Positions 1-8,566 of a stretch of DNA of 64,000 nt are shown here, piece by piece. The stretch's first letter is position 1, and each line of letters opens with the position of its first letter. Under the pieces are notes generated by a model. The model did no database searches. It saw nothing but the letters and a program-made list of their open reading frames with translations, and had not been told where the DNA came from. The DNA comes from an uncultured Pseudomonadales bacterium (GTDB taxonomy: Bacteria; Patescibacteriota; Microgenomatia; UBA1400; MFAQ01): the NCBI GenBank assembly GCA_964429015.1, contig CAYSAM010000003.1, positions 6,378-70,377 on the forward strand, given 5' to 3'. The translations under genes and the position numbers were made by a program.

Positions 1-268
1 CGCTCGCCGTACTATTACTCACGCTACCAAACGTGTCGGTAAATTCTTCCTAAGAGTTTTCCCTCACAAACCAATTGGTCACAAGACTCCAGGTGCTCGT
101 ATGGGTTCTGGAAAATCTGATGTTAGTGGTTACGTAGCTGTTGTCAAGCCTGGTCAAATCCTCATGGAGCTCTCCGGAGTCACCAGAGCTGTTGCTCAAG
201 AAGCCATCAGACTAGCAGGTCACAAACTCTCAGTTAAAACTAAGTTTATTGCAAAAGAAAATGACTAA
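1..268 (+). CDS. rplP: 50S ribosomal protein L16 (3' partial)
   Basis: Frame 2 translates ...RVFPHKPIGHKTPGARMGSGKSDVSGYVAVVKPGQILMELSGV..., a typical L16 C-terminus; stop TAA at 266-268. Confidence 0.9.
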   Translation, partial: ARRTITHATKRVGKFFLRVFPHKPIGHKTPGARMGSGKSDVSGYVAVVKPGQILMELSGVTRAVAQEAIRLAGHKLSVKTKFIAKEND

Positions 269-431
269 AATTAAATCCGAAAAAACCATTGCTAATCTCG
301 ATGAGCTAAAAATCAAATTTGCTGACATCAAACTTCAAATCAAATCAGGTCAACAAAAAAACACCAACGCTCACAAGGCTCTCAAAAAAGAAATTGCTCA
401 AATATTAACAAAGCCTCAATCAACAAAGTAA
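261..431 (+). CDS. rpmC: 50S ribosomal protein L29
   Basis: MTKIKSEKTIANLDELKIKFADIKLQ...; ATGA overlap with the rplP stop. The longer 249 start lies inside rplP. Confidence 0.85.
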   Translation: MTKIKSEKTIANLDELKIKFADIKLQIKSGQQKNTNAHKALKKEIAQILTKPQSTK

Positions 432-445
432 TTCATTAAATTAAT

Positions 446-670
446 ATGAAACACCTACTCGGAACCGTCAAAAGCGATAAAAACCTCAACACTGCCATAG
501 TGGATGTTGTTAGTTTCAAAGTTCACCCCAAATACCTCAAACGTATTAAGGTCAACAAGAGCTACGCAACACACAACACTCTAGGGGCAAAAACCGGGGA
601 CCGTGTTCGCATCGAAGAAACTCGACCAATTAGTAAAACCAAACACTGGCAAATAACCAAAATCCTATGA
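446..670 (+). CDS. rpsQ: 30S ribosomal protein S17
   Basis: 74 aa, ...[23 protein letters not shown]...[14 protein letters not shown], an S17 signature; conserved operon order. Confidence 0.92.
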   Translation: MKHLLGTVKSDKNLNTAIVDVVSFKVHPKYLKRIKVNKSYATHNTLGAKTGDRVRIEETRPISKTKHWQITKIL

Positions 671-1041
671 TTCAACTAAGATCTGTTCTCAAAGTAGCCG
701 ACAACTCCGGCGCAAAACTCGTAAAAGTCGCTTTAGTTCATGGTGGCTCAAGACGCCGCTTTGGTTATATTGGCGATGTCGTCACCGCAGTTGTCGAAGG
801 TGCAGACACCAACGGCGCTGTCAAAGACAAACAACTCGTTAAGGCTGTTATCGTTAGAACTCGAAAAGAAACTCGTCGCCCTGACGGTTCCTACATTAGA
901 TTCGACGAAAACGCCGCAGTTATTATCGACTCTATCTCTGGCAAACAACCTCTAGGTACTCGTATCTTTGGACCCATTGCTCGCGAAGTCAAAGACGCAG
1001 GTTTTAGCAAGATAGCATCCCTAGCACCAGAAGTAGTATAA
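667..1041 (+). CDS. rplN: 50S ribosomal protein L14
   Basis: 124 aa [17 protein letters not shown]...; ATGA overlap with rpsQ. Confidence 0.95.
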   Translation: MIQLRSVLKVADNSGAKLVKVALVHGGSRRRFGYIGDVVTAVVEGADTNGAVKDKQLVKAVIVRTRKETRRPDGSYIRFDENAAVIIDSISGKQPLGTRIFGPIAREVKDAGFSKIASLAPEVV

Positions 1042-1046
1042 AGCTT

Positions 1047-1370
1047 ATGTTTAAATTCAAAATCAACGACACAGTCCAAATTACTGCCGGCAAAGACAAA
1101 GGTCGCACTGGTAAAATCCTCAAAGTTTTACCTGTGGCTCAAAAAGTTTTAGTCGAAGGTATCAATCTTTACAAAAAACACATTAAACCAAAAGGTAACG
1201 AGGCTGGTACTATTGTCACCCTTCCTCGCGCCATCTCAACTGCCTCTGTCGCCATCATCTGTACTAGCTGCGGCAAACCTACCAGAGTCGGTTTCGATGC
1301 CTCCCAAAGCCCCAAAGTTCGTGTTTGTCACAAGTGCCGACAGGTTATCAAGTCCGACACCAAAAAATAA
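1047..1370 (+). CDS. rplX: 50S ribosomal protein L24 with a C-terminal Cys4 zinc-ribbon extension
   Basis: KOW region FKINDTVQITAGKDKGRTGKILKV, followed by ...CTSCGKPTRVGFD...VCHKCRQ. Confidence 0.88.
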   Translation: MFKFKINDTVQITAGKDKGRTGKILKVLPVAQKVLVEGINLYKKHIKPKGNEAGTIVTLPRAISTASVAIICTSCGKPTRVGFDASQSPKVRVCHKCRQVIKSDTKK

Positions 1371-1375
1371 CACCT

Positions 1376-1921
1376 ATGCAAACACTTAAACAACGCTTCC
1401 AAAAAGAAATTCGTCCAGCTCTTCAAAAAGAACTCGGTTTGGTTTCTATAGAGGAAACTCCAAAAATAACCAAGATCACCGTAAATACTTCTTCCAAAGA
1501 TTTCAAAACCGATAAGGAATTCTTAGCAAAAACCAAAGATTGGCTAAGCAAGATTACAGGTCAAAAACCTTCTGAGAGAAGATCTTCTGGTGCTATTGCC
1601 GCTTTTAATCTTCGCGAAAACGAAGTTGTCGGACTCAAAGTTACCTTAAGAGGTGACAGAATGTACGATTTTTACCAAAAGTTAGTAACTATTGTTTTAC
1701 CTCGTCTAAAAGACTTTCAAGGTGTTTCTCGTACCACATTCGATCAAAATGGTAACTACTCTCTTGGTTTAGTCGAACAAATAGTGTTTCCTGAAGTAGA
1801 ATATGATAAAATCGGGAGGATTCAAGGGCTACAAATCACTATTTCCACTAGTGCTTCCAATCCAGCAGACGCCGAGAGACTTCTCGAGGAACTAGGTATG
1901 CCTTTTACAAAAAAATCATAA
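1376..1921 (+). CDS. rplE: 50S ribosomal protein L5
   Basis: MQTLKQRFQKEIRPALQKELG...; the ATG at 1376 is preferred over the long 1325 start, which overlaps rplX. Confidence 0.9.
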   Translation: MQTLKQRFQKEIRPALQKELGLVSIEETPKITKITVNTSSKDFKTDKEFLAKTKDWLSKITGQKPSERRSSGAIAAFNLRENEVVGLKVTLRGDRMYDFYQKLVTIVLPRLKDFQGVSRTTFDQNGNYSLGLVEQIVFPEVEYDKIGRIQGLQITISTSASNPADAERLLEELGMPFTKKS

Positions 1922-1930
1922 ATATCGAAC

Positions 1931-2116
1931 ATGGCTAAAACAAGCAAAATAGAAAAAACCAAAAGACTCGCGGGTCACTCAACTAGAGATCACCGTCGTT
2001 GCCAACTTTGTGGTCGTCCTCGTGGTGTTATCCGTATCTTTGGTCTTTGCAGACTTTGCTTTAGAGAGATGGCTCACAAAGGCGAACTCCCCGGTGTTTA
2101 CAAAATGTCAAAATAA
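1931..2116 (+). CDS. rpsN: 30S ribosomal protein S14 (type Z, zinc-binding, 61 aa)
   Basis: [23 protein letters not shown] Cys4 motif; 61 aa. Confidence 0.92.
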   Translation: MAKTSKIEKTKRLAGHSTRDHRRCQLCGRPRGVIRIFGLCRLCFREMAHKGELPGVYKMSK

Positions 2117-2121
2117 ATAAT

Positions 2122-2511
2122 ATGGATACTACAGCAGACTTTATCACTATCATCAGAAACGGCTACCTAGCCAAAAAGACTCAGGTTACCACGAACTTTT
2201 CCAAGCTTCGCGGTGAAATTGCTCGCATTCTCAAAGATGAAGCTTTTATTGAGGACTTTTTAGTTACCGACGCCAAACCTAGCAAAAAAATCACCGTCAA
2301 CCTTCGTTACTTCGAAAAAGACATGCCCGCCATTACCGGAATCAAAAAAGTCACCAAGCCCAGTGTCCGCATTTACTCCGGCTACAACAAGCTCCCCAAA
2401 ACTCTTTCAGGTGCTGGTACTACTATTGTTTCTACTTCTAAAGGTTTACTTACTGGCAAACAAGCCAAAGAGCAACATCTAGGTGGAGAAGTTATTTGTC
2501 AAATTTGGTAA
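2122..2511 (+). CDS. rpsH: 30S ribosomal protein S8
   Basis: 129 aa, MDTTADFITIIRNGYLAKK...; operon position. Confidence 0.93.
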   Translation: MDTTADFITIIRNGYLAKKTQVTTNFSKLRGEIARILKDEAFIEDFLVTDAKPSKKITVNLRYFEKDMPAITGIKKVTKPSVRIYSGYNKLPKTLSGAGTTIVSTSKGLLTGKQAKEQHLGGEVICQIW

Positions 2512-2517
2512 AAATAT

Positions 2518-3066
2518 ATGAGCCGCATAGGAAAAAAACCCCTCCACTTGCCCGAAAACGTAAAACTTGAAGTTCTCGATGGACTTCTCAGATTCACAGG
2601 TCCAAAAGGTACTCTCGAATCTGTTCTTCCCAAAGGAATTTTTATGGAAGAAAAAGACAGTGTTCTGTCTTTTACTAGAAAAACCAACGAACCAGCCACT
2701 CGCGCTCTTCATGGTCTTGCTCGTCGCTTGGCTCAAAACGCCATTACCGGTGTCACCGAAGGTTTTGTTAAAGATCTCTTGTTAATTGGTACTGGTTATC
2801 GTGTTGCCAACCACGCCGATGGTATTAGTCTTTCTGTAGGCTTTTCTCACCCTGTTATCTTCAAAAAAGTTCCCGGGGTCACTATCACCATCGAAGGCCA
2901 AGACAAAATCAAAGTTGTTGGTATCGACAAACAGCTCGTAGGTCAAGTTGCCGCTAACATCCGGGAAATCAAAAAACCAGAACCTTACAAAGGCAAAGGT
3001 ATCCGCTATGTCGACGAAGTCATCATCAAGAAACAAGGTAAGTCAGCTACCAAAACTGCTTCCTAA
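2518..3066 (+). CDS. rplF: 50S ribosomal protein L6
   Basis: 182 aa MSRIGKKPLHLPENVKLEV... Confidence 0.93.
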   Translation: MSRIGKKPLHLPENVKLEVLDGLLRFTGPKGTLESVLPKGIFMEEKDSVLSFTRKTNEPATRALHGLARRLAQNAITGVTEGFVKDLLLIGTGYRVANHADGISLSVGFSHPVIFKKVPGVTITIEGQDKIKVVGIDKQLVGQVAANIREIKKPEPYKGKGIRYVDEVIIKKQGKSATKTAS

Positions 3067-3072
3067 ACTCCT

Positions 3073-3414
3073 ATGAAAAAAAGTAATAACCCTCAAATCC
3101 AAAGACAAACTCGTATTCGTGCTAAGCTTTTAGCTCGTGTCGACAGGCCTCGTCTTACTGTAAACAGGTCAAATACTCACATCTTTGCTCAAATCATTGA
3201 TTTAAGCGGTAAAGTTCTTGCTGCTTTTGGTTCTCAAGCTTTAAAGTCAAAGACTAACAAAACCGAAATGTCAGTAGAAGTTGGTAAAAAGCTCGGTGAG
3301 ATAGCCAAAAAGAACAATGTTTCCGAAGTTGTTTTTGATAGAGGTTCTTATCGTTATCATGGCCGTGTCAAAGCTTTGGCAGAAGCCGTAAGAGCTGCAG
3401 GCATCAAATTTTAA
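3073..3414 (+). CDS. rplR: 50S ribosomal protein L18
   Basis: 113 aa ...[17 protein letters not shown]...[20 protein letters not shown]. Confidence 0.92.
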   Translation: MKKSNNPQIQRQTRIRAKLLARVDRPRLTVNRSNTHIFAQIIDLSGKVLAAFGSQALKSKTNKTEMSVEVGKKLGEIAKKNNVSEVVFDRGSYRYHGRVKALAEAVRAAGIKF

Positions 3415-3504
3415 ATCTGCGTTATTGCGCGATTCGGTAATCCGAACCAAAGCAATCCAAAAAAATAGATATAATACAAAATCACAAAACAAAACAAACT
3501 AAAA

Positions 3505-4029
3505 ATGGCATATTCAGGCAACACCAACAATCGCGGTAACAATCAAAGACCAGTCTCAGATAATTTTGAGCAAGTTTTAGAAATTCGTCGCGTTAGCAAA
3601 AAAACCCAAGGCGGCACAAATGTTTCTTTTTCTGCCTTAGTGGTTACAGGTGACAAAAAGGGTAAAGTTGGTCTAGGTTTAGCCAAAGCCCCAAACGTTG
3701 CCGACGCTATCAAAAAGTCCATCCGTTTAGGTAATCGTGATTTGGTTCAGGTTCCTCTAAGTAACGGCACCATTCCTTACGAAACCAAAAGTAAGTATGG
3801 CGCCGCCAAGGTTCTCTTCCGCCCTGCTCCAAAAGGTACAGGTATCATTGCTGGTTCAGCCGTTCGTGCTGTAGTAGAAGCCGCAGGTATCACCGACATA
3901 GTTTGTAAAGTTCTCGGAACCAATAACAAAACTAGCAATGCTCGCGCTACTTTCAAAGCCCTCAAACAAATCGAAACACTCGCCAAAAAATACCAATTGC
4001 TCAAAGCCCTAAAAACAGCTAAGGCTTAA
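3505..4029 (+). CDS. rpsE: 30S ribosomal protein S5
   Basis: 174 aa ...VLEIRRVSKKTQGG...; L15 follows directly, so no rpmD (L30) is present. Confidence 0.93.
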   Translation: MAYSGNTNNRGNNQRPVSDNFEQVLEIRRVSKKTQGGTNVSFSALVVTGDKKGKVGLGLAKAPNVADAIKKSIRLGNRDLVQVPLSNGTIPYETKSKYGAAKVLFRPAPKGTGIIAGSAVRAVVEAAGITDIVCKVLGTNNKTSNARATFKALKQIETLAKKYQLLKALKTAKA

Positions 4030-4034
4030 ACAAC

Positions 4035-4484
4035 ATGAACACAATACTCACCAATCTTCAAAAAGTCACCAAAACAGGTAAAAAACGCCTAGGACGAGGA
4101 CGTGGTTCAGGTGTTGGTGGTCATACTGTTGGTCGTGGTCAAAAAGGTCAAAAGACTCGAGGAGTTATCCCCCTCTGGTTCGAAGGTGGACAGCTTCCTT
4201 TGGTCCGCAGAACTCCTTTTATCAAAGGTAAACACCGCTTCCAGGTAATTAACAACCAACCCACCACCGTCAACTTTGATCTTCTCAGTAAACACTTCGA
4301 GGATAAATCTGTGGTCGATAATCTCACTCTCGCCAAAGCCCTAAAGATCAGTGAAAAGGTCGCCAAAAACGGTTTTAAGGTCATTGCTACTGGCAAGCTC
4401 ACCAAGGCTCTAGAGGTCAAAGTAGCAGCTTCAGTAGGTGCCATCAAAGCCATCGAAGTTGCAGGCGGCTCCCACTCAATCTAA
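4035..4484 (+). CDS. rplO: 50S ribosomal protein L15
   Basis: 149 aa ...RLGRGRGSGVGGHTVGRGQKGQKTRG... Confidence 0.93.
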   Translation: MNTILTNLQKVTKTGKKRLGRGRGSGVGGHTVGRGQKGQKTRGVIPLWFEGGQLPLVRRTPFIKGKHRFQVINNQPTTVNFDLLSKHFEDKSVVDNLTLAKALKISEKVAKNGFKVIATGKLTKALEVKVAASVGAIKAIEVAGGSHSI

Positions 4485-4503
4485 GAATTCTTTATTAAGT
4501 CCC

Positions 4504-4536
4504 AAAAAAGTCGCCGAAATGGCGGCTTTTTTTGTT
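4504..4536 (+). terminator. rho-independent terminator after rplO
   Basis: AAAAAAGTCGCC-GAAAT-GGCGGC followed by TTTTTTTGTTTTT. This is unexpected, since secY normally continues the operon. Confidence 0.7.
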
Positions 4537-4545
4537 TTTCTGGTT

Positions 4546-4622
4546 GTCATTCCCGACTCGATCGGGAATCCATCCCCATTTCGTCATTGCGAGGCTCGAC
4601 TTTAGGTCGACCGTGGCAATCC
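4546..4622. repeat. GTCAT-hairpin composite repeat element (family 1)
   Basis: GTC-ATTCCCGA-CTCGA-TCGGGAAT-CC (8-bp stem) followed by CGTCATTGCGAGGCTCGACTTTAGGTCGACCGTGGCAATCC. Related copies lie at 12100, 13056(rc), 27408, 32313, 34517, 43257 and 53706. Confidence 0.75.
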
Positions 4623-4644
4623 ACCTACCATCCTGAACCTTGCC

Positions 4645-4675
4645 CAAACACCCTATATTATGGTACAATTACCAT
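4645..4675 (+). promoter_or_regulatory. putative sigma70-like promoter (TTGCCC-18-TACAAT with TG extension)
   Basis: ttgcccaaacaccctatattatggtacaat; lies upstream of the 4713 TTG ORF. Confidence 0.35.
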
Positions 4676-4712
4676 CAGAAATCTTAAAATCCAAGAAAAA
4701 AAGAGGTGTAAA

Positions 4713-5345
4713 TTGACAACACAAAGCGAAAGAAGGAAAAGAACTACCCAAGCACTGCTGTTGGCCGCCCGCCAACTTTACAACGAATTAGATTTTTTTC
4801 AAAAGTACTTTACTTCCACAGTGATTTTAAACGGCTACGTTTGCTGGATGAACGACAGAAAAACAGGTTACTACAAGGTTAATGTCAACAGCGGCATTGT
4901 CCTTGAAGTTGATACCATTGAAGATACGACGGGTAAATACGTAAGGACAGAAGACCTTGTTTCGGTTTCCATGGCAATGGCAAACTTCATCAATATTTCC
5001 GGAACTATGGCAGGTTACTCGAGGCCTCTGCCTCAAATCAGCCACCAAGTACTGGATGGCATTGGTTGTCAGGTAACTACTCGTGGCGCGAACGAGACAG
5101 ATCTAACGCTTTATGCTTCTCACGATGTCTATCTAGAACTTGCCAAGTTGCATGTATTACACGAGCAAATATATTGGCCCCACAAACTCACCCATTACGC
5201 TCTAAAAGATGGCCGAACTCTGGCAATCACCATCGAGGAAAAAGAAGTTAACTTCGCAGTTTTGAGATCTCAATCCGTTCCAGTGAAAACAGGTATTCTT
5301 GAAATGCGCAACGCACTCATGGAATTTGTTCTTTACTGCAGTTAG
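4713..5345 (+). CDS. hypothetical protein (island ORF A; TTG start after SD AAGAGGTG)
   Basis: The long ORF from 4587 begins inside the repeat element. SD plus an in-frame TTG at 4713 is more plausible. No recognisable domain. Confidence 0.45.
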   Translation: MTTQSERRKRTTQALLLAARQLYNELDFFQKYFTSTVILNGYVCWMNDRKTGYYKVNVNSGIVLEVDTIEDTTGKYVRTEDLVSVSMAMANFINISGTMAGYSRPLPQISHQVLDGIGCQVTTRGANETDLTLYASHDVYLELAKLHVLHEQIYWPHKLTHYALKDGRTLAITIEEKEVNFAVLRSQSVPVKTGILEMRNALMEFVLYCS

Positions 5346-5356
5346 TTAGATACCAG

Positions 5357-5382
5357 CCCGCCTCATTGAGGCGGGTTCTTTT
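5357..5382 (+). terminator. rho-independent terminator
   Basis: CCCGCCTC-ATT-GAGGCGGG followed by TTCTTTT. Confidence 0.8.
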
Positions 5383-5444
5383 ATACCTACCATCATCCTT
5401 ACCAAAACACCCTCACGCCCGCAGGATTTTTTTGTGCCCAAATC

Positions 5445-5473
5445 TTGAATATTATCCTATATAGTGCTAAAAT
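5445..5473 (+). promoter_or_regulatory. sigma70-like promoter TTGAAT-17-TAAAAT with internal palindrome CTATATAG (paralogue A)
   Basis: ttgaat attatcctatatagtgc taaaat; an almost identical copy lies 700 bp downstream. Confidence 0.6.
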
Positions 5474-5519
5474 ACCCCAGATTTATCCAATCCACACTTT
5501 AAGTTAAAGGAGCTATCAC

Positions 5520-6083
5520 ATGCCGTCTGAATTCAAGAAGTTTTCACCTTACTTACTTTTGCTATTTATCTTCAGCGCAATCCTCGGTCTTTTCCTTCGT
5601 GGCAATCAGCTTGCCACCAGTATCTGGTTAGGCGTAGCCGTGGTTACCTGTATCTGCCTTATCGGTATTGAGTTCGGCTCACTTCTATTAGTCAAAAAAG
5701 ACAAAAATCTCTGGTACACAGAAACTCTCATTGCCGACAACAACGCAATCTTTGTCTTTGGCGAAGATGAACGGCACGAAGCTAAAGAGATTGTGGAGAA
5801 CGTTCGACGTTTATACAATGCTGGAGTACTATATCCTGTCTTAAATATTTTTGGAGTCGAAACGAGGGCTAACTTTTGGGGAAAAGACTTTTACTGCCCA
5901 TTTTCTACGACAGTATCTACATACCTTTGCATAACCCCAGACGGTGTTTTCTGTCGAAGTAACAGCGGGCTCGAAGTCCTGGAAAAGTTTGAGGCAATAA
6001 GTTTTGGATTCTTACAAGAACTCCACCGTGAGTTAGCACTTCAGGTTGAAAAACTCCCAGACCTTTCGGAAGATGAGTGGTAA
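5520..6083 (+). CDS. hypothetical membrane protein (2 N-terminal TM helices plus cytoplasmic domain; island ORF B)
   Basis: SD AAGGAG 9 nt upstream; hydrophobic segments LLLLFIFSAILGLF and IWLGVAVVTCICLIGI. Confidence 0.6.
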   Translation: MPSEFKKFSPYLLLLFIFSAILGLFLRGNQLATSIWLGVAVVTCICLIGIEFGSLLLVKKDKNLWYTETLIADNNAIFVFGEDERHEAKEIVENVRRLYNAGVLYPVLNIFGVETRANFWGKDFYCPFSTTVSTYLCITPDGVFCRSNSGLEVLEKFEAISFGFLQELHRELALQVEKLPDLSEDEW

Positions 6084-6099
6084 TTTGTTTATTTTCGTT

Positions 6100-6133
6100 C
6101 CCCGTCGCCATCATGGCCACGGGGAATTTTTTT
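6100..6133 (+). terminator. rho-independent terminator
   Basis: CCCCGTCGCC-ATCAT-GGCCACGGGG followed by AATTTTTTT. Confidence 0.7.
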
Positions 6134-6144
6134 ATGCCCAAAGA

Positions 6145-6173
6145 ATGAAAATAATCCTATATAGTGCTAAAAT
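6145..6173 (+). promoter_or_regulatory. paralogous promoter copy B (ATGAAA-17-TAAAAT, same ATCCTATATAGTGCTAAAATACCCCA core)
   Basis: Bases 6151-6179 are identical to 5451-5479. Confidence 0.55.
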
Positions 6174-6204
6174 ACCCCAAAATTCCTTAATAAAAGGAGG
6201 CTAT

Positions 6205-6753
6205 ATGCCTTTATTTAAATTCGCTCTAGAAGACTGGTACCGACTTCCAATTGGTGGCAAGTACGAGTGCTACGTTCGCCCAGACCGCCCATATACTATT
6301 ATCATCGACAATGAGCACAACAAAGTCGCTCTCACATTGGAAATCTCTTCAAACCCAAACTGGTATGTAGAAGAATTTACGAAACAAGTTGAGGCTGACA
6401 TGGTTCTTCCGCTAAATCAACATAACCTCTATTTTCTAGAAAGAGAAGCCCTGCTTGCAGAAGAAAGGCTCAATATCCACCACGATCATTTTTATGAAGA
6501 TGTTGGTGAATTGGAAGAAAAGAGATATCTATACGCCGCAATATTCGAAGTCTTTCTGTTCGATCGTCCCCCAGGTTATCTCGGCCTTCGTAGCCAGCAA
6601 GAATACTTGTTGGTTTACAACTCGATACCTTATCTTAGTTTCGATCCAAACAGTCTGGAGTATCAAAAATCGCTAAACATATTCACTGCCTTTACAGGTG
6701 CAACTGTTTGCAGAGTTGTAGATGTTACAGACTCGATTATTTCAGGTATATAA
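6205..6753 (+). CDS. hypothetical protein (island ORF C)
   Basis: SD AAGGAGG plus ATG at 6205. The long 6046 start overlaps the upstream gene and terminator. Confidence 0.6.
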   Translation: MPLFKFALEDWYRLPIGGKYECYVRPDRPYTIIIDNEHNKVALTLEISSNPNWYVEEFTKQVEADMVLPLNQHNLYFLEREALLAEERLNIHHDHFYEDVGELEEKRYLYAAIFEVFLFDRPPGYLGLRSQQEYLLVYNSIPYLSFDPNSLEYQKSLNIFTAFTGATVCRVVDVTDSIISGI

Positions 6754-6785
6754 TCAGCCCAGCACACGAAAATAAAGGAGAAAAA

Positions 6786-7115
6786 ATGGACATTGATTTT
6801 TCAGGTTCGCTTGAAAGACTCTTAAAAATAACCCGTTTTTTACATTCGATCATTGAGAATTTAGCTTTGGAAAAGCAAGAATCACCAAGTCTATACTTTG
6901 AGGCTAACAAGCTATACATTAACCTCAATCATCGACAAGGCTGGATTGTTGTCGATCCTGAAAATAATCGAGCTTATCATGTTTCGCGGGCCAAGGATCC
7001 AGCTACAACTCAACATCCTTGCTCACCATATTTGGCTGAATATATTTACAAGAGCCTGCACGACACCCTCATTGATCTCAATCTGCTTGTAGACTACAAC
7101 AATTTTGAAGGATAG
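6786..7115 (+). CDS. hypothetical protein (island ORF D, 109 aa)
   Basis: SD AAGGAG followed by ATG at 6786. Confidence 0.55.
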   Translation: MDIDFSGSLERLLKITRFLHSIIENLALEKQESPSLYFEANKLYINLNHRQGWIVVDPENNRAYHVSRAKDPATTQHPCSPYLAEYIYKSLHDTLIDLNLLVDYNNFEG

Positions 7116-7124
7116 CAACCATCA

Positions 7125-7151
7125 CACCCTCACATTCCGAGGGTGTTTTTA
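7125..7151 (+). terminator. rho-independent terminator
   Basis: CACCCTC-ACATTCC-GAGGGTG followed by TTTTT. Confidence 0.8.
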
Positions 7152-7159
7152 TATTCAAC

Positions 7160-7188
7160 TTGTTATATATCCCATAATGACATAAAAT
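7160..7188 (+). promoter_or_regulatory. sigma70-like promoter TTGTTA-17-TAAAAT containing the ATATCCCATAA motif
   Basis: ttgtta tatatcccataatgaca taaaat. Confidence 0.5.
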
Positions 7189-7236
7189 ATCAAAGCGTGC
7201 GTTGTCACTTTAAAATACCAAACACAGGAAGGTAAA

Positions 7237-7884
7237 ATGCTAAACGATTCTTTACGTCTCATGCTTGTTGAATCCACAATAAACGTCTTTAGGGTAGCTT
7301 TAAGTTCACCGTACTTCCTAAAGTCAATTGTGGATATCCCACACATAAACATAGGAAGCAACCTTTGTTTTTATGCAGAGGAGATAGGTGTTTATTGCTG
7401 CATCGACCTTAGTTTAAACGATATATATGTCTCACCAGAGCTAGTTGCTTTGGATTATCAAAATTACCCACAGGCTACCATCCAAGAACTTATTGTTTTG
7501 TCTCAAACACTTGTTCGCTTTGCAAAAAAAACAAGCTTGTGGTCAAGAATTTGTTCTTTATCTTGTCATATCAAAATTACTCCGGGAGAACAAGAACTTC
7601 TGCCACAAAGTTGTTATTTCGATAATGAAATTCTATTTTGGTATAGCCCCAAAATTAACCAGTACCTTAGAGTCGATTTTGTTTCATATAGCTTATTCCT
7701 TATGGATGAGCCTTCAGATCAGAGGAGTGCTTGGAAAGTCCCCTCAGAACAACATTTGCAAGCAGTTATCGAAGAGATTGTAAGTCACTATATATCAATT
7801 CATAAAAAAACAACAATGATTGCTGAGTATATGAATCAATACTTACAAAACAAAGATCTTAGTCAAAAGTTTTCCCTAAGTTAA
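7237..7884 (+). CDS. hypothetical protein (island ORF E, 215 aa)
   Basis: SD AGGAAGG; ORF. Confidence 0.55.
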   Translation: MLNDSLRLMLVESTINVFRVALSSPYFLKSIVDIPHINIGSNLCFYAEEIGVYCCIDLSLNDIYVSPELVALDYQNYPQATIQELIVLSQTLVRFAKKTSLWSRICSLSCHIKITPGEQELLPQSCYFDNEILFWYSPKINQYLRVDFVSYSLFLMDEPSDQRSAWKVPSEQHLQAVIEEIVSHYISIHKKTTMIAEYMNQYLQNKDLSQKFSLS

Positions 7885-7913
7885 AACTACTACTTGTGCA
7901 AACGGAGCTGCAA

Positions 7914-8465
7914 ATGGTCTCAATGGTGCAAAAAATTTTATTAGATCTAGCCAAAGAATTGGCTTTAAAAAAGCAAAAAGAAAGTTTGATAACCTGGGAT
8001 ATCTCCCCACATCTATCCCTCGGTATAGATCTTGTTGATGAAAAATTTTTTTACATTACCAAGCCAGGGAAAACAAAAATTAAGGATGAAGTCACTCTGG
8101 ATGACATCCTCATCGTTGCCTCCGCCATAAAGTTGTATTTAAAAAATGGCGCAGACAAATACAACATGGAGTTGGATTTGTATTACCAGAGTGGCGTCCG
8201 ATACTACGCTAACCTCGTCATCTTCTACGTTGAAAGCTGTGATGGTCCCAAAACAGACCGTTTCGTTATTGTTGGCAAACATATTGCCTTCAAAAACAGA
8301 TCTGGCTTCAACGTCTACCAGCATGTCCCGGATGGACCTGGAGTTTGGTATCAAGCTGGAGGTAAGCAGCTCGATATTGACAAAATAAAAAAGGTTGAGC
8401 AGATAAACCGCAGACGAGATCGCAGAGCGTTCGATCTCCTTCGAGAAACTGTGAAAATGTTATAG
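7914..8465 (+). CDS. hypothetical protein (island ORF F)
   Basis: SD GGAG 6 nt before the ATG at 7914. Confidence 0.5.
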   Translation: MVSMVQKILLDLAKELALKKQKESLITWDISPHLSLGIDLVDEKFFYITKPGKTKIKDEVTLDDILIVASAIKLYLKNGADKYNMELDLYYQSGVRYYANLVIFYVESCDGPKTDRFVIVGKHIAFKNRSGFNVYQHVPDGPGVWYQAGGKQLDIDKIKKVEQINRRRDRRAFDLLRETVKML

Positions 8466-8476
8466 GACAATTAAAT

Positions 8477-8507
8477 CATCTCGGCCATTTGGTCGGGATT
8501 TTTTGTC
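8477..8507 (+). terminator. putative terminator (7-bp stem with G-U pairs followed by T-run)
   Basis: CTCGGCC-ATTT-GGTCGGG followed by ATTTTTTG. Confidence 0.5.
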
Positions 8508-8532
8508 CATATCCCATAAAAAGATATATAAT
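8503..8532 (+). promoter_or_regulatory. sigma70-like promoter TTGTCC-18-TATAAT containing the ATATCCCATAA motif
   Basis: ttgtcc atatcccataaaaagata tataat; paralogous to the 7160 promoter. Confidence 0.55.
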
Positions 8533-8566
8533 ATGCCAGACTAAATACTAAAGGAGAACTTTTAAA

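Noticed and set aside
740-1079. Overlapping and antisense ORFs inside rplN (740..955 +, 748..948 -, 891..1079 -), with similar ones inside other ribosomal genes (e.g. 2479..2736 -, 3777..4004 -, 15971..16240 +).
   Set aside because: They lie within highly conserved ribosomal protein genes in other frames or strands. They lack translation signals and their composition is typical of shadow ORFs.
4587-4712. N-terminal 42 codons of the 4587 ORF (MRGSTLGRPWQSTYHPEP...).
   Set aside because: This stretch is the read-through of the family-1 repeat element. The same peptide recurs from the copy at 27469. SD plus TTG at 4713 is the more plausible start.
4713-5345. TetR-like HTH at the N-terminus of island ORF A (RRKRTTQALLLAARQLYNE).
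   Set aside because: The similarity covers only the first helix. The rest of the TetR HTH (TTV.DIA...GVS) is absent.
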